This document shows positions 1-7,882 of a DNA stretch of 44,898 nucleotides, one piece after another; the stretch's first letter is position 1; each line of letters starts with the position of its first letter. The translations under genes and the position numbers were made by a program. Origin of the DNA: an uncultured Planctomycetaceae bacterium (GTDB lineage: Bacteria > Planctomycetota > Planctomycetia > Pirellulales > Thermoguttaceae); the NCBI GenBank assembly GCA_964481605.1, contig CAYZWG010000001.1, positions 1 to 44,898 of the forward strand, written 5' to 3'. The notes beneath the pieces were generated by a model. The model worked only from the letters and a program-made list of their open reading frames with translations. It did no database searches and was not told the DNA's origin.

Positions 1-83
1 TGTCGTAGGGCCGGCTGTGCCGGCCGGTTGCCGCGTTTCGCAGCGCCAGCCACGTTTCGGCCGGCACAGCCGGCCCTACGACA
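1..83. repeat. REP-like palindromic element, family A (arms GTAGGGCCGGCTGTGCCGGCCG / CGGCCGGCACAGCCGGCCCTAC); may be cut by the window edge
   Basis: Arm 1-26 is the reverse complement of arm 58-83, with a ~31-nt spacer. Related copies lie at 2527-2564, 7423-7500 and 15532-15640, and the spacer tail ccagccacgtttcgg is conserved. Confidence 0.8.
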
Positions 84-164
84 GCTTGGGAGTGAGAGGA
101 AAACGGTCGGCTTCGACCGTCCCGCGCGGTGAAGGTGAAGCGGAGAACTTGCCTGTCGGGGGGA

Positions 165-194
165 TTGACTTTTGCCGCGGTCCTACATTAGCCT
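165..194 (+). promoter_or_regulatory. Candidate sigma70-like promoter (TTGACT-18 nt-TAGCCT) upstream of the first lipoprotein gene
   Basis: Hexamers read by eye. The 18-nt spacer is suboptimal and there is no experimental support. Confidence 0.2.
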
Positions 195-329
195 ATCGGG
201 CAGGTTTGAGAAGTCTGCCCGTCAGATCGTCAGATGAGATAGGTTTTCGGCGTTCGGTGGCGCCACGACGGCCCCGGCCGGTTGGTTTCCCGCAAGATGC
301 ACTCTGTTCCGTTACCCGAGGAGGTAAAC

Positions 330-848
330 ATGACCCCATCCAGTTGGAAATTTTTTGTTTGTTTGGCCGCGTTGGCCTTTTTCGTCGGTTGCTCGGGCGG
401 CGGTGCCGCCGATCTTGGCGCCGTGTCGGCTTCGGGGACGGTGACGTTGGACGGCCAGCCCGTCGAGGGAGCCAGCGTGGCGTTTTCGCCGAAGGCGCCC
501 GACGGCAAGGCGGCGGCTGGCTTGACGGACAGCTCGGGCAAGTTCACCCTCACCACGGTGGAGGCCGGCGACGGTGCCTTGCCCGGCTCCTACACCGTGA
601 CGGTGACCAAGAAGTCGGGCGGAAGCTCGGCGGGCGCGGTCGACCCGAGAGGAAAGGGTGGGGGGACTGAGCTGAGCCCCGAGGAAGGTGCCGCGGCGAT
701 GAAGAAAATGATGGAGGATAGCAAGAACGCGGCGAAAGCGACCGACCTGTTGCCGGCGAAATACAGCAAGGCCGATACCTCGGGCTTGACCGCCGAGGTC
801 AAGAAGGGCGGAGCCAACGACTTCACCTTCGAATTGAAGAGCAAATAG
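330..848 (+). CDS. Small lipoprotein with a carboxypeptidase-regulatory-like / Ig-like beta-sandwich (paralog 1)
   Basis: ORF 282..848 trimmed to the ATG at 330, which follows GAGGAGG (318-324). The N-terminus MTPSSWKFFVCLAALAFFVGC is a signal peptide plus lipobox. The core is GTVTLDGQPVEGASVAFSP...DSSGKFTL...PGSYTVTV. A close paralog lies at 5436..5948. Confidence 0.85.
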   Translation: MTPSSWKFFVCLAALAFFVGCSGGGAADLGAVSASGTVTLDGQPVEGASVAFSPKAPDGKAAAGLTDSSGKFTLTTVEAGDGALPGSYTVTVTKKSGGSSAGAVDPRGKGGGTELSPEEGAAAMKKMMEDSKNAAKATDLLPAKYSKADTSGLTAEVKKGGANDFTFELKSK

Positions 849-887
849 GCGGCCTAGCGCAAAGGTCGCCGGCACTCGACGCGGGCC

Positions 888-927
888 GGGCCGGTTCACG
901 ATGGGCCGGTTCACGATGGGCTGGTCA
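888..927 (+). repeat. Tandem 15-nt direct repeat GGGCCGGTTCACGAT, two full copies plus a partial third
   Basis: Copies at 888-902 and 903-917 are identical. 918-927 is a diverged partial copy. The repeat is intergenic. Confidence 0.8.
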
Positions 928-1120
928 GGGTGCGGTATTTTGTCTGATCCATGCCGGGTCGCGATCTGGCATGCGCAGTAGGGGTGATGGTCCCACCCAA
1001 GAGAGTGTACGGGTGGCGAAACGAGAAGAGTCTTGGGTGCCATGCCCGCGCCAGGCGTGAGCATGGCACCGTTCTTTTCGCGGCAGAAATTCATGGCTGG
1101 ACAAACCGTGTGGGTCCACA

Positions 1121-1188
1121 AGAATCTGGCGGTTTTCCCGATTTGGCAAGTACCACGGCTGGCGTTTTTCGCTAGAAAAAGGTACATT
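1121..1188 (+). promoter_or_regulatory. Conserved upstream module: AGAATCTGGCGGTTTTCCCGATTT (1121-1144), 38 nt, then -10-like TACATT (1183-1188)
   Basis: The same box, spacing and -10-like hexamer recur upstream of the fourth DUF1559 paralog (7723-7791). The distance to the start codon is similar (85 vs 92 nt). Confidence 0.4.
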
Positions 1189-1272
1189 GAGTTGTTAGAT
1201 CAAGGTCGTGGGGGCGATTTTTTCGAGTTTTTTGACGTTTTCCGTTTTGTCTTTCGCAGGAAGAGGTTGCTC

Positions 1273-2382
1273 ATGCGACGTACTATTTCGCGGTTTGTTT
1301 CTCGACTGGGCTTCACCCTGGTCGAACTACTAGTGGTGATCGCTATCATCGGCATTTTGATCGCCCTGCTGTTGCCCGCCGTGCAGGCTGCCCGTGAGGC
1401 CGCCCGGCGTACCCAGTGCACCAACAATCTGAAGCAGTTGGGGCTGGCGTTGCACAACTATCACGACACGTACAAGAAGTTTCCCGGGTTGGGTCAAGGT
1501 ACGAGCAACCCGTGGGCCCCGGACAGGTGCAATTTGCTCCACATGAGCGGTGTGGCCGTGATGCTTCCCTTCATGGAACAGACTCCTTTGTACGACCAGG
1601 TCAGTTCCCCGCAGATCAATCCTCCGTACCCGGCCTGGGGGCCGGTTCCGTGGTGGGGCTGGAATTTCCAGCCATTCCTGCAAAAGGTTCCCGGGTTGCT
1701 CTGCCCGTCGGACACTACGGACATCAGCGGCAGTTACCAACCGTTTGGGAACACCAACTACAACTTCTGTGTGGGTGACCAGATTACGAATACGGTTTGG
1801 TGGGATATCGGTCAGGGTTCAGGGTCGCTCAAGCCGCGAGGGCTTTTCGGCAGGAACAGCTTCCACAAAATGGCCGACATCACGGACGGCACGAGCAACA
1901 CGATCGCCATGAGTGAGGAGACGGTTTCCCCAGCCCCCGACAATTATCAGATTCACGGCAATTATGTTGAGAACGCGTCGGTGGACGGGACGAATCCGTC
2001 CGGCAACTGCCTCATTTATAAAGGGACGGGCACCACGATTGCTTCGACGGCCCCGGGAATCGGTGAGATCCGCGGGGTGGCCTGGTGCTGGGGCACGATG
2101 GTGGGCTCCGGCTTCAATACGGTGTTGCCGCCGAACTCCGTGGGTTGCACGAGTGGTGGTTCAGAATGGGGTGGCAACAACATCTTTCCGCCGGACAGCT
2201 ACCATCCGGGGGGAGTCAACGCGCTGCTGGCCGACGGAAGCACGCGGTTCATCAGCGAGACGATCGACACCGGCGATCTGACGCTTCCGGAAGCGAACTC
2301 GACGGGCGTGACCTATAGTCCTTACGGCGTCTGGGGCGCCTTGGGGAGCAAGGCCGGCGGCGAGCCGTCCAGCCCCTATTGA
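1273..2382 (+). CDS. DUF1559 family protein with prepilin-type N-terminal cleavage/methylation signal and C-terminal H-X9-DG motif (paralog 1)
   Basis: ORF 1033..2382 trimmed to the ATG at 1273, which follows AAGAGG. MRRTISRFVSRLG|[33 protein letters not shown] is a class III (type IV pilin-like) signal. The C-terminus carries [16 protein letters not shown] (H-X9-DG). Confidence 0.95.
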   Translation: MRRTISRFVSRLGFTLVELLVVIAIIGILIALLLPAVQAAREAARRTQCTNNLKQLGLALHNYHDTYKKFPGLGQGTSNPWAPDRCNLLHMSGVAVMLPFMEQTPLYDQVSSPQINPPYPAWGPVPWWGWNFQPFLQKVPGLLCPSDTTDISGSYQPFGNTNYNFCVGDQITNTVWWDIGQGSGSLKPRGLFGRNSFHKMADITDGTSNTIAMSEETVSPAPDNYQIHGNYVENASVDGTNPSGNCLIYKGTGTTIASTAPGIGEIRGVAWCWGTMVGSGFNTVLPPNSVGCTSGGSEWGGNNIFPPDSYHPGGVNALLADGSTRFISETIDTGDLTLPEANSTGVTYSPYGVWGALGSKAGGEPSSPY

Positions 2383-2423
2383 ACGCATTCCCGGCGGCAC
2401 CTGCTGGCCAGGAGTCTGTTGGT

Positions 2424-2447
2424 CAGGTCGTGACCCGGCCTACAGGC
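2424..2447. repeat. REP-like element, family E (reverse orientation), CAGGTCGTGACCCGGCCTACAGG
   Basis: Its reverse complement matches CCTGTAGGCCGGGTCGCGACC at 5985-6010. Confidence 0.6.
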
Positions 2448-2470
2448 TTGGAGTGTAATCCAGTCGTTGG

Positions 2471-2510
2471 CGAAAGCCGGAGGCCCAGGCTTCCGGCTTT
2501 CGCGTTTCTT
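2471..2510 (+). terminator. Intrinsic terminator after DUF1559 paralog 1
   Basis: CGAAAGCCGGAGGC-ccag-GCTTCCGGCTTTCG forms a 14-bp stem with one G.U pair, followed by cgTTTCTT. The same hairpin follows all four paralogs. Confidence 0.8.
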
Positions 2511-2526
2511 GGTGCGTGGACGCGGG

Positions 2527-2564
2527 TGGCAACCCCGTACGGCCGGCTGTGCCGGCCGGTTGCC
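2527..2564. repeat. Family A half-element folded as its own hairpin (GGCAACC..GGCCGGC tgt GCCGGCC GGTTGCC)
   Basis: Contains the family A arm cggccggctgtgccggccgg. It sits between convergent genes. Confidence 0.6.
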
Positions 2565-2626
2565 GCCAGGATGGCCCGTTGGTTCGACGGGCGCGCCGTC
2601 GCTCACGCGGGTGGTTTTCACCTGCT

Positions 2627-3514
2627 TCAGTGCGACTTGCGATAAACGGATGGCGTCATCCCCACGCATCGCAGAAAGACTCGGTTGAAGTAGGACAGGT
2701 TGTTGAATCCCGAATCGCCGGCCACCTTGCCGATCGGAAGAGTGGTTTCCACCAGCAGACGCCGGCAGTGGTCGATACGCACCTCGTTCAAGAACTCAAC
2801 AAACGACCTGCCCGTCTGCCGTTTGAAAGCGCGGCAGAAGGTCGGCCTGCTCATGTAAACGGCTTGAAAGATGTCCTCCAATGTCAAGTCCTCGCGAAAG
2901 TGATCGACTATCAGGTGAATTGCTTTCTGAATCGCTTTACGGTGCGGGTCGTTTGTGGTGAGAACGAGCGGTTTGTCACAGAGTAACCGCTGCTGCCCGG
3001 GCGGTGCTCGGCCGAGCACCCCGATCGTCTCGATGAACAGCGCCAACCGGGCAACGTAATCGACATCGCTCATTCGGCAGACCAGGGCCATCGCCCGGTC
3101 GCGCGTTTCCCCGCTGAATAGGATCCCCCGGGCGGACAATGCCCAGAGGTCGGTGAGCATCGACATTTCGGGGAATTGCCAAAAAGCGTGACTGGTGTCG
3201 AATTGGAACTGGATCGTGTAGCCCGATGATCCACGCAGCCCTCGCCAGTAGTGGGGCACATTTCCACCAATGAGCGTGAGTTCCGGAGCGTGAACGCGAC
3301 CAATACTGTCCCCGACGAATCGGGTACCGGAACCATTCAGAACAAGTGTCAACTCCGTGGCGGAATGGGAATGCCAGTGCTCGCCGGCACCGGCAAGCCG
3401 GACCCCTCGTCCGGGATCGGTGCACACCTCCACGCTACTGACGCTTTCCCGCCACCGCATGAGACGAAACGACTGCTGCGACGGCAGCTCGATCCGCTCG
3501 TGATGAATGGGCAT
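2627..3514 (-). CDS. AraC family transcriptional regulator (N-terminal cupin-like sensor plus C-terminal AraC HTH)
   Basis: The C-terminus DIFQAVYMSRPTFCRAFKRQTGRSFVEFLNEVRIDHCRRLL...GFNNLSYFNRVFLRCVGMTPSVYRK is an AraC-type double HTH. The start is set at the internal ATG (M30 of the ORF-track protein). The ORF-track start at 3601 is a GTG followed by an implausible hydrophobic extension. The start is uncertain. Confidence 0.88.
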   Translation of the reverse strand: MPIHHERIELPSQQSFRLMRWRESVSSVEVCTDPGRGVRLAGAGEHWHSHSATELTLVLNGSGTRFVGDSIGRVHAPELTLIGGNVPHYWRGLRGSSGYTIQFQFDTSHAFWQFPEMSMLTDLWALSARGILFSGETRDRAMALVCRMSDVDYVARLALFIETIGVLGRAPPGQQRLLCDKPLVLTTNDPHRKAIQKAIHLIVDHFREDLTLEDIFQAVYMSRPTFCRAFKRQTGRSFVEFLNEVRIDHCRRLLVETTLPIGKVAGDSGFNNLSYFNRVFLRCVGMTPSVYRKSH

Positions 3515-3619
3515 GATAGTATTGAAAATGCAGACAAGAACCGGGAAGACCAGTGAAAGTGAGATAATTGTATTAACATCTGAGCATTTTGTCAAAGACA
3601 CCTGAGCCTGGCCAACTTA

Positions 3620-3638
3620 CACTACAATCGTTGTAGTG
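3620..3638. promoter_or_regulatory. Perfect 8-bp palindrome CACTACAA-tcg-TTGTAGTG in the AraC / DUF1559-2 divergent intergenic region (candidate operator)
   Basis: Read directly from the sequence. It lies in a locally AT-richer stretch and overlaps a TACAAT hexamer (3623-3628). The function is inferred only. Confidence 0.25.
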
Positions 3639-3854
3639 CGGTTTTCGCCACCCGTCAGCGGACAACCGAGGGGGGGAGGGAGGGGTATGCTGGACGAAGT
3701 TGCCGCGAAACCGAGGCAGCTGTTGGACTCAAATGGCTGTTCGATCGATGCATGGCGGTCACCCGGCACCTTTCGTTTCCTCTAAGTTCGGTCTGTTGCT
3801 TGTTGCGTGCAAGCATGTTCTTTTTCTTTCCTGGTCGATATGGAGGAAGTCAAG

Positions 3855-4973
3855 ATGGTTCACAGAGATTGTCCGTGCGCAGTGGGAAGGCGTCGCCTTC
3901 CCGGTTTCACCCTGGTCGAACTTCTGGTGGTGATCGCTATCATTGGCATTTTGATCGCCCTGCTGTTGCCCGCCGTGCAGGCTGCTCGTGAGGCCGCCCG
4001 GCGTACCCAGTGCACCAACAACCTGAAGCAGTTGGGACTGGCGTTGCACAACTATCACGACACGTACAAGCGGTTTCCCAGCTTGGGTCAGGGTACTGCC
4101 GATGTCGTCTCCGCGGGTAACTATGCCCACTTGAGCGGGGTGGCGGTGATGCTTCCCTTCATGGAGCAGACGCCCCTGTACGACCAACTTACTTCCCCGC
4201 AGGTCAGTCCCCCTTTCCCGGCCTGGGGGCCGGTTCCGTGGGCGGGCTCAAGCTTCCGGCCATTTTTGCAAAAGGTTCCCGGGGTGCTCTGTCCGTCGGA
4301 CGTCACGGACGTCAGCGGCTATACCCCACAGTTTCCGAACACCAACTACAATTTCTGCGTGGGTGACCAGATTATGAATACGGTCTTTTGGGATAACGGT
4401 CGTGGCTGGGGATCGCTCAAGCCGCGGGGTATTTTCGGCCGCTACAGCTTCCACAAGATCGCCGATATCACGGATGGCACGAGCAACACGATCGCCATGA
4501 GCGAACACACGGTTAACCCGGCTCAACTCAGGCGTAACATTCACGGCAACTATGTCGAGGGGGCGCCGTTGGATGGGACAAATCCGGCCGCCCACTGCCT
4601 CGTTTACAAAGGGCCAGGCACCACGATTGCTGCGACGGCCCCGATGCTACCTTACGACATGCGCGGCGTGGCGTGGTGCTGGGGCACGATGGAGGCCTCC
4701 GGCTTCAATACCGTGTTGCCGCCGAACTCCGTGGGTTGCACGGACGCGTTTGCGGAATGGGGTAGCGGCAACATCTTCCCGCCCGACAGCTTCCACCCGG
4801 GCGGCGTCAACGCGCTGCTGGCCGACGGAAGCACGCGGTTCATCAGCGACACGATCGACACCGGCGATCTGACGCTTCCGGAACCGTACCTGTCGGGTGC
4901 GACCATCAGTCCGTACGGCGTTTGGGGCGCCTTGGGGAGCAAGGCCGGCGGCGAGCCGCCCAGCCCGTATTGA
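3855..4973 (+). CDS. DUF1559 family prepilin-type H-X9-DG protein (paralog 2)
   Basis: ORF 3807..4973 trimmed to the ATG at 3855, 7 nt after GGAGG (3843-3847). The signal is MVHRDCPCAVGRRRLPG|FTLVELLVV. The C-terminus carries [16 protein letters not shown]. Confidence 0.95.
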   Translation: MVHRDCPCAVGRRRLPGFTLVELLVVIAIIGILIALLLPAVQAAREAARRTQCTNNLKQLGLALHNYHDTYKRFPSLGQGTADVVSAGNYAHLSGVAVMLPFMEQTPLYDQLTSPQVSPPFPAWGPVPWAGSSFRPFLQKVPGVLCPSDVTDVSGYTPQFPNTNYNFCVGDQIMNTVFWDNGRGWGSLKPRGIFGRYSFHKIADITDGTSNTIAMSEHTVNPAQLRRNIHGNYVEGAPLDGTNPAAHCLVYKGPGTTIAATAPMLPYDMRGVAWCWGTMEASGFNTVLPPNSVGCTDAFAEWGSGNIFPPDSFHPGGVNALLADGSTRFISDTIDTGDLTLPEPYLSGATISPYGVWGALGSKAGGEPPSPY

Positions 4974-5023
4974 ACGCATCCCCGGCGGCACCTGCCGCCC
5001 AGGAGTGCAAATTTGACAGCCCG

Positions 5024-5063
5024 CGAAAGCCGGAGGCCCAAGCTTCCGGCTTTCGTCTTTCTT
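5024..5063 (+). terminator. Intrinsic terminator after DUF1559 paralog 2
   Basis: CGAAAGCCGGAGGC-ccaa-GCTTCCGGCTTTCG followed by TCTTTCTT. Confidence 0.8.
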
Positions 5064-5102
5064 GGTGCGTGGACGCGGTTACCCCCAATACCGTTGAATT
5101 AA

Positions 5103-5131
5103 GCGTTCGGCGCGGGTCTCCTGACCCCGCC
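5103..5131. repeat. REP-like element, family B (GCGTTCGGCGCGGGTCTCCTGACCCCGCC)
   Basis: The same unit recurs at 13944-14039 (tandem), 18366-18414 (reverse), 19984-20010 (degenerate) and 23345-23403 (reverse, tandem). The core GGGTC-nnnn-GACCC forms a mini-hairpin. Confidence 0.8.
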
Positions 5132-5153
5132 GTAACCACTTCCAGTTCCACCT

Positions 5154-5259
5154 GGTTCCCAAGCTCCAGCTTGGGAACCCGCGAGTTCCGCGTCCCGCTC
5201 GATCGCGAGCAAAGCAGGGCCGGGGGGGGAAATGCGGTCCCAAGCTGGAGCTTGGGACC
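5154..5259. repeat. Two related perfect hairpins, family C: GGTTCCCAAGCT-cc-AGCTTGGGAACC (5154-5179) and GGTCCCAAGCT-gg-AGCTTGGGACC (5236-5259)
   Basis: Both palindromes were read directly from the sequence. They are intergenic. Confidence 0.75.
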
Positions 5260-5435
5260 GAGAGGATAAGCCCGTAGCGGGAGCCTCGCCTTCAGTCTTG
5301 CGATAGAGCGTGGTTTCACCAGGGGGGTTGCAGACGGGCTGCTGGTTGCCTAGGCTACGGTCGTGTGGGTTGCGATGACGGCGGGGTCGGTCGTGCCGTG
5401 TTACATGTTCCTCTGGGCAAGGTTGGGAGGTGACG

Positions 5436-5948
5436 ATGTTTCGGTCCAATTGGATTTGCTTGCTTTGTCTTGTTACGCTGGCCGGGCTGGTGGGATGCCC
5501 CAGTGGCAAACCCGGACTAAATACGGTGGCCGTAACCGGTACGGTGACCCTCGATGGGCAGCCTGTGGATGGGGCCAGCGTTGCGTTTTCGCCGAAAGCG
5601 CCCGACGGCAAGGCGGCGGTCGGCTTGACGGACAGCTCGGGCAAGTTCACGTTGAAGACAGACGGGACGACCGAGGGCGCACTGCCCGGTTCCTACACGG
5701 TGACCGTGAGCAAGACCTCGGGCGGTTCGGCCGATTCCGCGGCGATGCAGCCGCCATCGGGCCAAATGAGCGCGGAGGAGACCGCGGCGATGGCGAAGAA
5801 AGCCGAGGAGATGATGCGGGGCGGGGGAGCGGTCGAGGCGAAAGATCTGCTTCCGGCCAAGTACAAGTCGCCGGCAACCAGTGGCCTGACCGCCGAGGTC
5901 AAAAAGGGTGGGGAGAACAACTTCACGTTTGAACTGCTCAGCAAATAG
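5436..5948 (+). CDS. Small lipoprotein with a carboxypeptidase-regulatory-like / Ig-like beta-sandwich (paralog 2)
   Basis: The ORF-track start at 5430 is a GTG. I chose the ATG at 5436, 5 nt after GGGAGG. MFRSNWICLLCLVTLAGLVGC is a signal peptide plus lipobox. The body aligns with 330..848 (GTVTLDGQPV(E/D)GASVAFSPKAPDGKAA.GLTDSSGKFTL ... TSGLTAEVKKGG.N.FTFEL.SK). Confidence 0.85.
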   Translation: MFRSNWICLLCLVTLAGLVGCPSGKPGLNTVAVTGTVTLDGQPVDGASVAFSPKAPDGKAAVGLTDSSGKFTLKTDGTTEGALPGSYTVTVSKTSGGSADSAAMQPPSGQMSAEETAAMAKKAEEMMRGGGAVEAKDLLPAKYKSPATSGLTAEVKKGGENNFTFELLSK

Positions 5949-5984
5949 CCCCCCCCCGGGAAGATGCATTTGGCCGTCCTGTAG

Positions 5985-6010
5985 CCTGTAGGCCGGGTCG
6001 CGACCCGGCC
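5985..6010. repeat. Family E element containing the perfect 20-nt palindrome GGCCGGGTCGCGACCCGGCC
   Basis: Read directly from the sequence. It is preceded by a CCTGTAG duplication, and a related reversed copy lies at 2424-2447. Confidence 0.7.
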
Positions 6011-6210
6011 GATGCACTTGACCGGTGCCACCCGCGGCCGTGAGATCGGCATTTTCTTACCCGAGTTCCTTGCTTTTTCGCGAGGTTGGAAGTAGAAGGG
6101 TAGAAGGGCCGTGGCTGACCTTTGCGGCGGGTCCCCGGGGGAGATGATTTCCGGTTTCCCCGGCTCTTGCGAAATCGTTCACTGATTCTCGTATTCTTGG
6201 AGGTCTCGTT

Positions 6211-7302
6211 ATGGTCCGATTTGTGTTACGACGGGCGTTCACGCTCGTCGAGCTTCTCGTGGTGATCGCCATCATCGGCATTTTGATCGCCCTGCTGTTG
6301 CCCGCCGTGCAGGCTGCCCGTGAGGCCGCCCGGCGAACCCAGTGCACCAACAATCTGAAACAGTTGGGGCTGGCGTTGCACAACTATCACGACACGTACA
6401 AGACTTTTCCCGCTCTGGGGCAAGGAACTGCCCAGGGCTCGCCTCCCCAGTCCAATTCGAATTACGGGCATTTGAGCGGCGTGGCCGTGATGCTCCCGTT
6501 CATGGAGCAGACTCCTCTTTACGATCAGTTGACTTCCGCGCAAGTTGCTCCGGCCTGGCCGGCGTGGGGGCCGGTCCCGTGGTACGGAGGGACCTTCCGA
6601 GCTTTTAATGAGCAGCCACCGGGGTTGATTTGCCCGTCGGACACTGCCACCCCAAACAGTGGCCCTTACGCCAATCAGGGGAACACCAATTACAACTTCT
6701 GTGTTGGCGACGACATTAACACGGGCAGTCGTGGCCAGGGTCGACCGCGAGGGATTTTCGGCGCGTACAGTTTCACCAAGTTCGCCGATATCAGGGACGG
6801 CACCAGCAACACCATCGCCATGAGCGAGCAGACGGTCTCCCAGCAATGGGACAGGCGCGACATTCATGGCAATTACATCGATAACGCGGGGGACGGCACG
6901 CTGAGGAACAACCCGGCGGCGACTTGTCTTGTGTACAAAGGGCCGGGCACGACGATCCTTCCCTCGGCACCGGGGGGAATCGGCGAGATTCGTGGCGTGA
7001 TTTGGGCGTGGGGTTGTGTTGTCAACTCCGGCTTCAACACGGTGCTGCCGCCGAATTCCATCGGCTGCAAGGGGGCCTTCAACGAATGGGGAGCCGATCA
7101 CATTATGCCCCCGGATAGCTTCCACCCGGGTGGCGTCAACGCGCTCTTGGCCGACGGAAGCACGCGGTTCGTGAGCGAAACGATCAACACCGGTGATCTG
7201 ACCTTGCCGGAGCCGCGTGTGTCAGGCGCGGTCATTAGTCCTTACGGTATCTGGGGTGCCTTGGGGAGCAAGGCCGGCGGCGAGCCGACCCGCGAGTATT
7301 GA
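6211..7302 (+). CDS. DUF1559 family prepilin-type H-X9-DG protein (paralog 3; short leader with Ala at the -1 cleavage position)
   Basis: The ATG at 6211 follows GGAGG. The signal is MVRFVLRRA|FTLVELLVV. The C-terminus carries [16 protein letters not shown]. Confidence 0.93.
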   Translation: MVRFVLRRAFTLVELLVVIAIIGILIALLLPAVQAAREAARRTQCTNNLKQLGLALHNYHDTYKTFPALGQGTAQGSPPQSNSNYGHLSGVAVMLPFMEQTPLYDQLTSAQVAPAWPAWGPVPWYGGTFRAFNEQPPGLICPSDTATPNSGPYANQGNTNYNFCVGDDINTGSRGQGRPRGIFGAYSFTKFADIRDGTSNTIAMSEQTVSQQWDRRDIHGNYIDNAGDGTLRNNPAATCLVYKGPGTTILPSAPGGIGEIRGVIWAWGCVVNSGFNTVLPPNSIGCKGAFNEWGADHIMPPDSFHPGGVNALLADGSTRFVSETINTGDLTLPEPRVSGAVISPYGIWGALGSKAGGEPTREY

Positions 7303-7352
7303 GCACATCCCCGGCGGCACCTGCCGGCCAGGAGTGCAAATTTGACAGCCCG

Positions 7353-7392
7353 CGAAAGCCGGAGGCCCAAGCTTCCGGCTTTCGTCTTTCTT
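7353..7392 (+). terminator. Intrinsic terminator after DUF1559 paralog 3
   Basis: The hairpin is identical to 5024-5055 and is followed by TCTTTCTT. Confidence 0.8.
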
Positions 7393-7422
7393 GGTGCGTG
7401 GACGCGGTTACCCCCGTGGCCA

Positions 7423-7500
7423 GTTGCCGTAGGGCCGGCCGGTTGCCACCCTTCGCGGCGCCAGCCACGTTTCGGCCGGCACAGCCGGCCCTACGGCAAC
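7423..7500. repeat. Family A palindromic element (left arm internally deleted)
   Basis: gttgccgtagggccggccgg ... ccggccggcacagccggccctacggcaac. The spacer matches copy 1 (gcgccagccacgtttcgg). Confidence 0.75.
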
Positions 7501-7722
7501 CCATCTCAATTCGAGTCCGCACCATTTCGATTCTCCCAGTGAGGAAAGCCCCAGAAGGACTCCCTCCAGGAGGGCGTTCGGCGGGGAACGTTGTCCGAAA
7601 GGGCAGCGATCGCATTCCCCTCCTGAAGTGTAGTGCGATTCCCCCCCCAAGAGGTGCGGTGCGTGCCGCACGGTCGTCCGTTGCGAGGATCCCGCGAAAC
7701 AGGGAATGGGTGCAAATCTTGC

Positions 7723-7791
7723 AGAATCTGATGGTTTTTCCGATTTCAGCGCTTGGCGCGCCTGGAGTTTTCCGATAAAGGAGGGTATATT
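7723..7791 (+). promoter_or_regulatory. Conserved upstream module: AGAATCTGATGGTTTTTCCGATTT (7723-7746), 39 nt, then -10-like TATATT (7786-7791)
   Basis: Counterpart of 1121-1188 upstream of paralog 1, with the same order and spacing. Confidence 0.4.
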
Positions 7792-7882
7792 CAGCAGATA
7801 AGCTAGGGGTTTGGATGCTAATTGTGTGTTTGCGCTCGTGTTTGATCTTTTCCTTTCCTTCTCTTGCAGCGAGGGGTCGCTT

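Noticed and set aside
1160-1173. TGGCGTTTTTCGCT upstream of DUF1559 paralog 1 considered as a sigma-54 -24/-12 promoter.
   Set aside because: The GG-to-GC spacing is 2 nt shorter than the TGGCAC-N5-TTGC consensus. The GC element is also absent from the equivalent position upstream of paralog 4 (TGGAGTTTTCCGAT).
1033-1272. Long N-terminal extensions in the ORF track for many genes: 1033, 3807, 7811, 8944, 12866(-), 18175(-), 20797(-), 23853, 26659(-), 30624(-), 36059(-), 38206(-), 38209 and 42786(-).
   Set aside because: The extensions cross terminators or REP elements, or lack RBSs, and translate to Arg/Pro-rich sequence. Internal starts with Shine-Dalgarno-like motifs give canonical N-termini (signal peptides, the prepilin leader, REC DD motifs). 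Genes were trimmed accordingly, and the start choices remain predictions.
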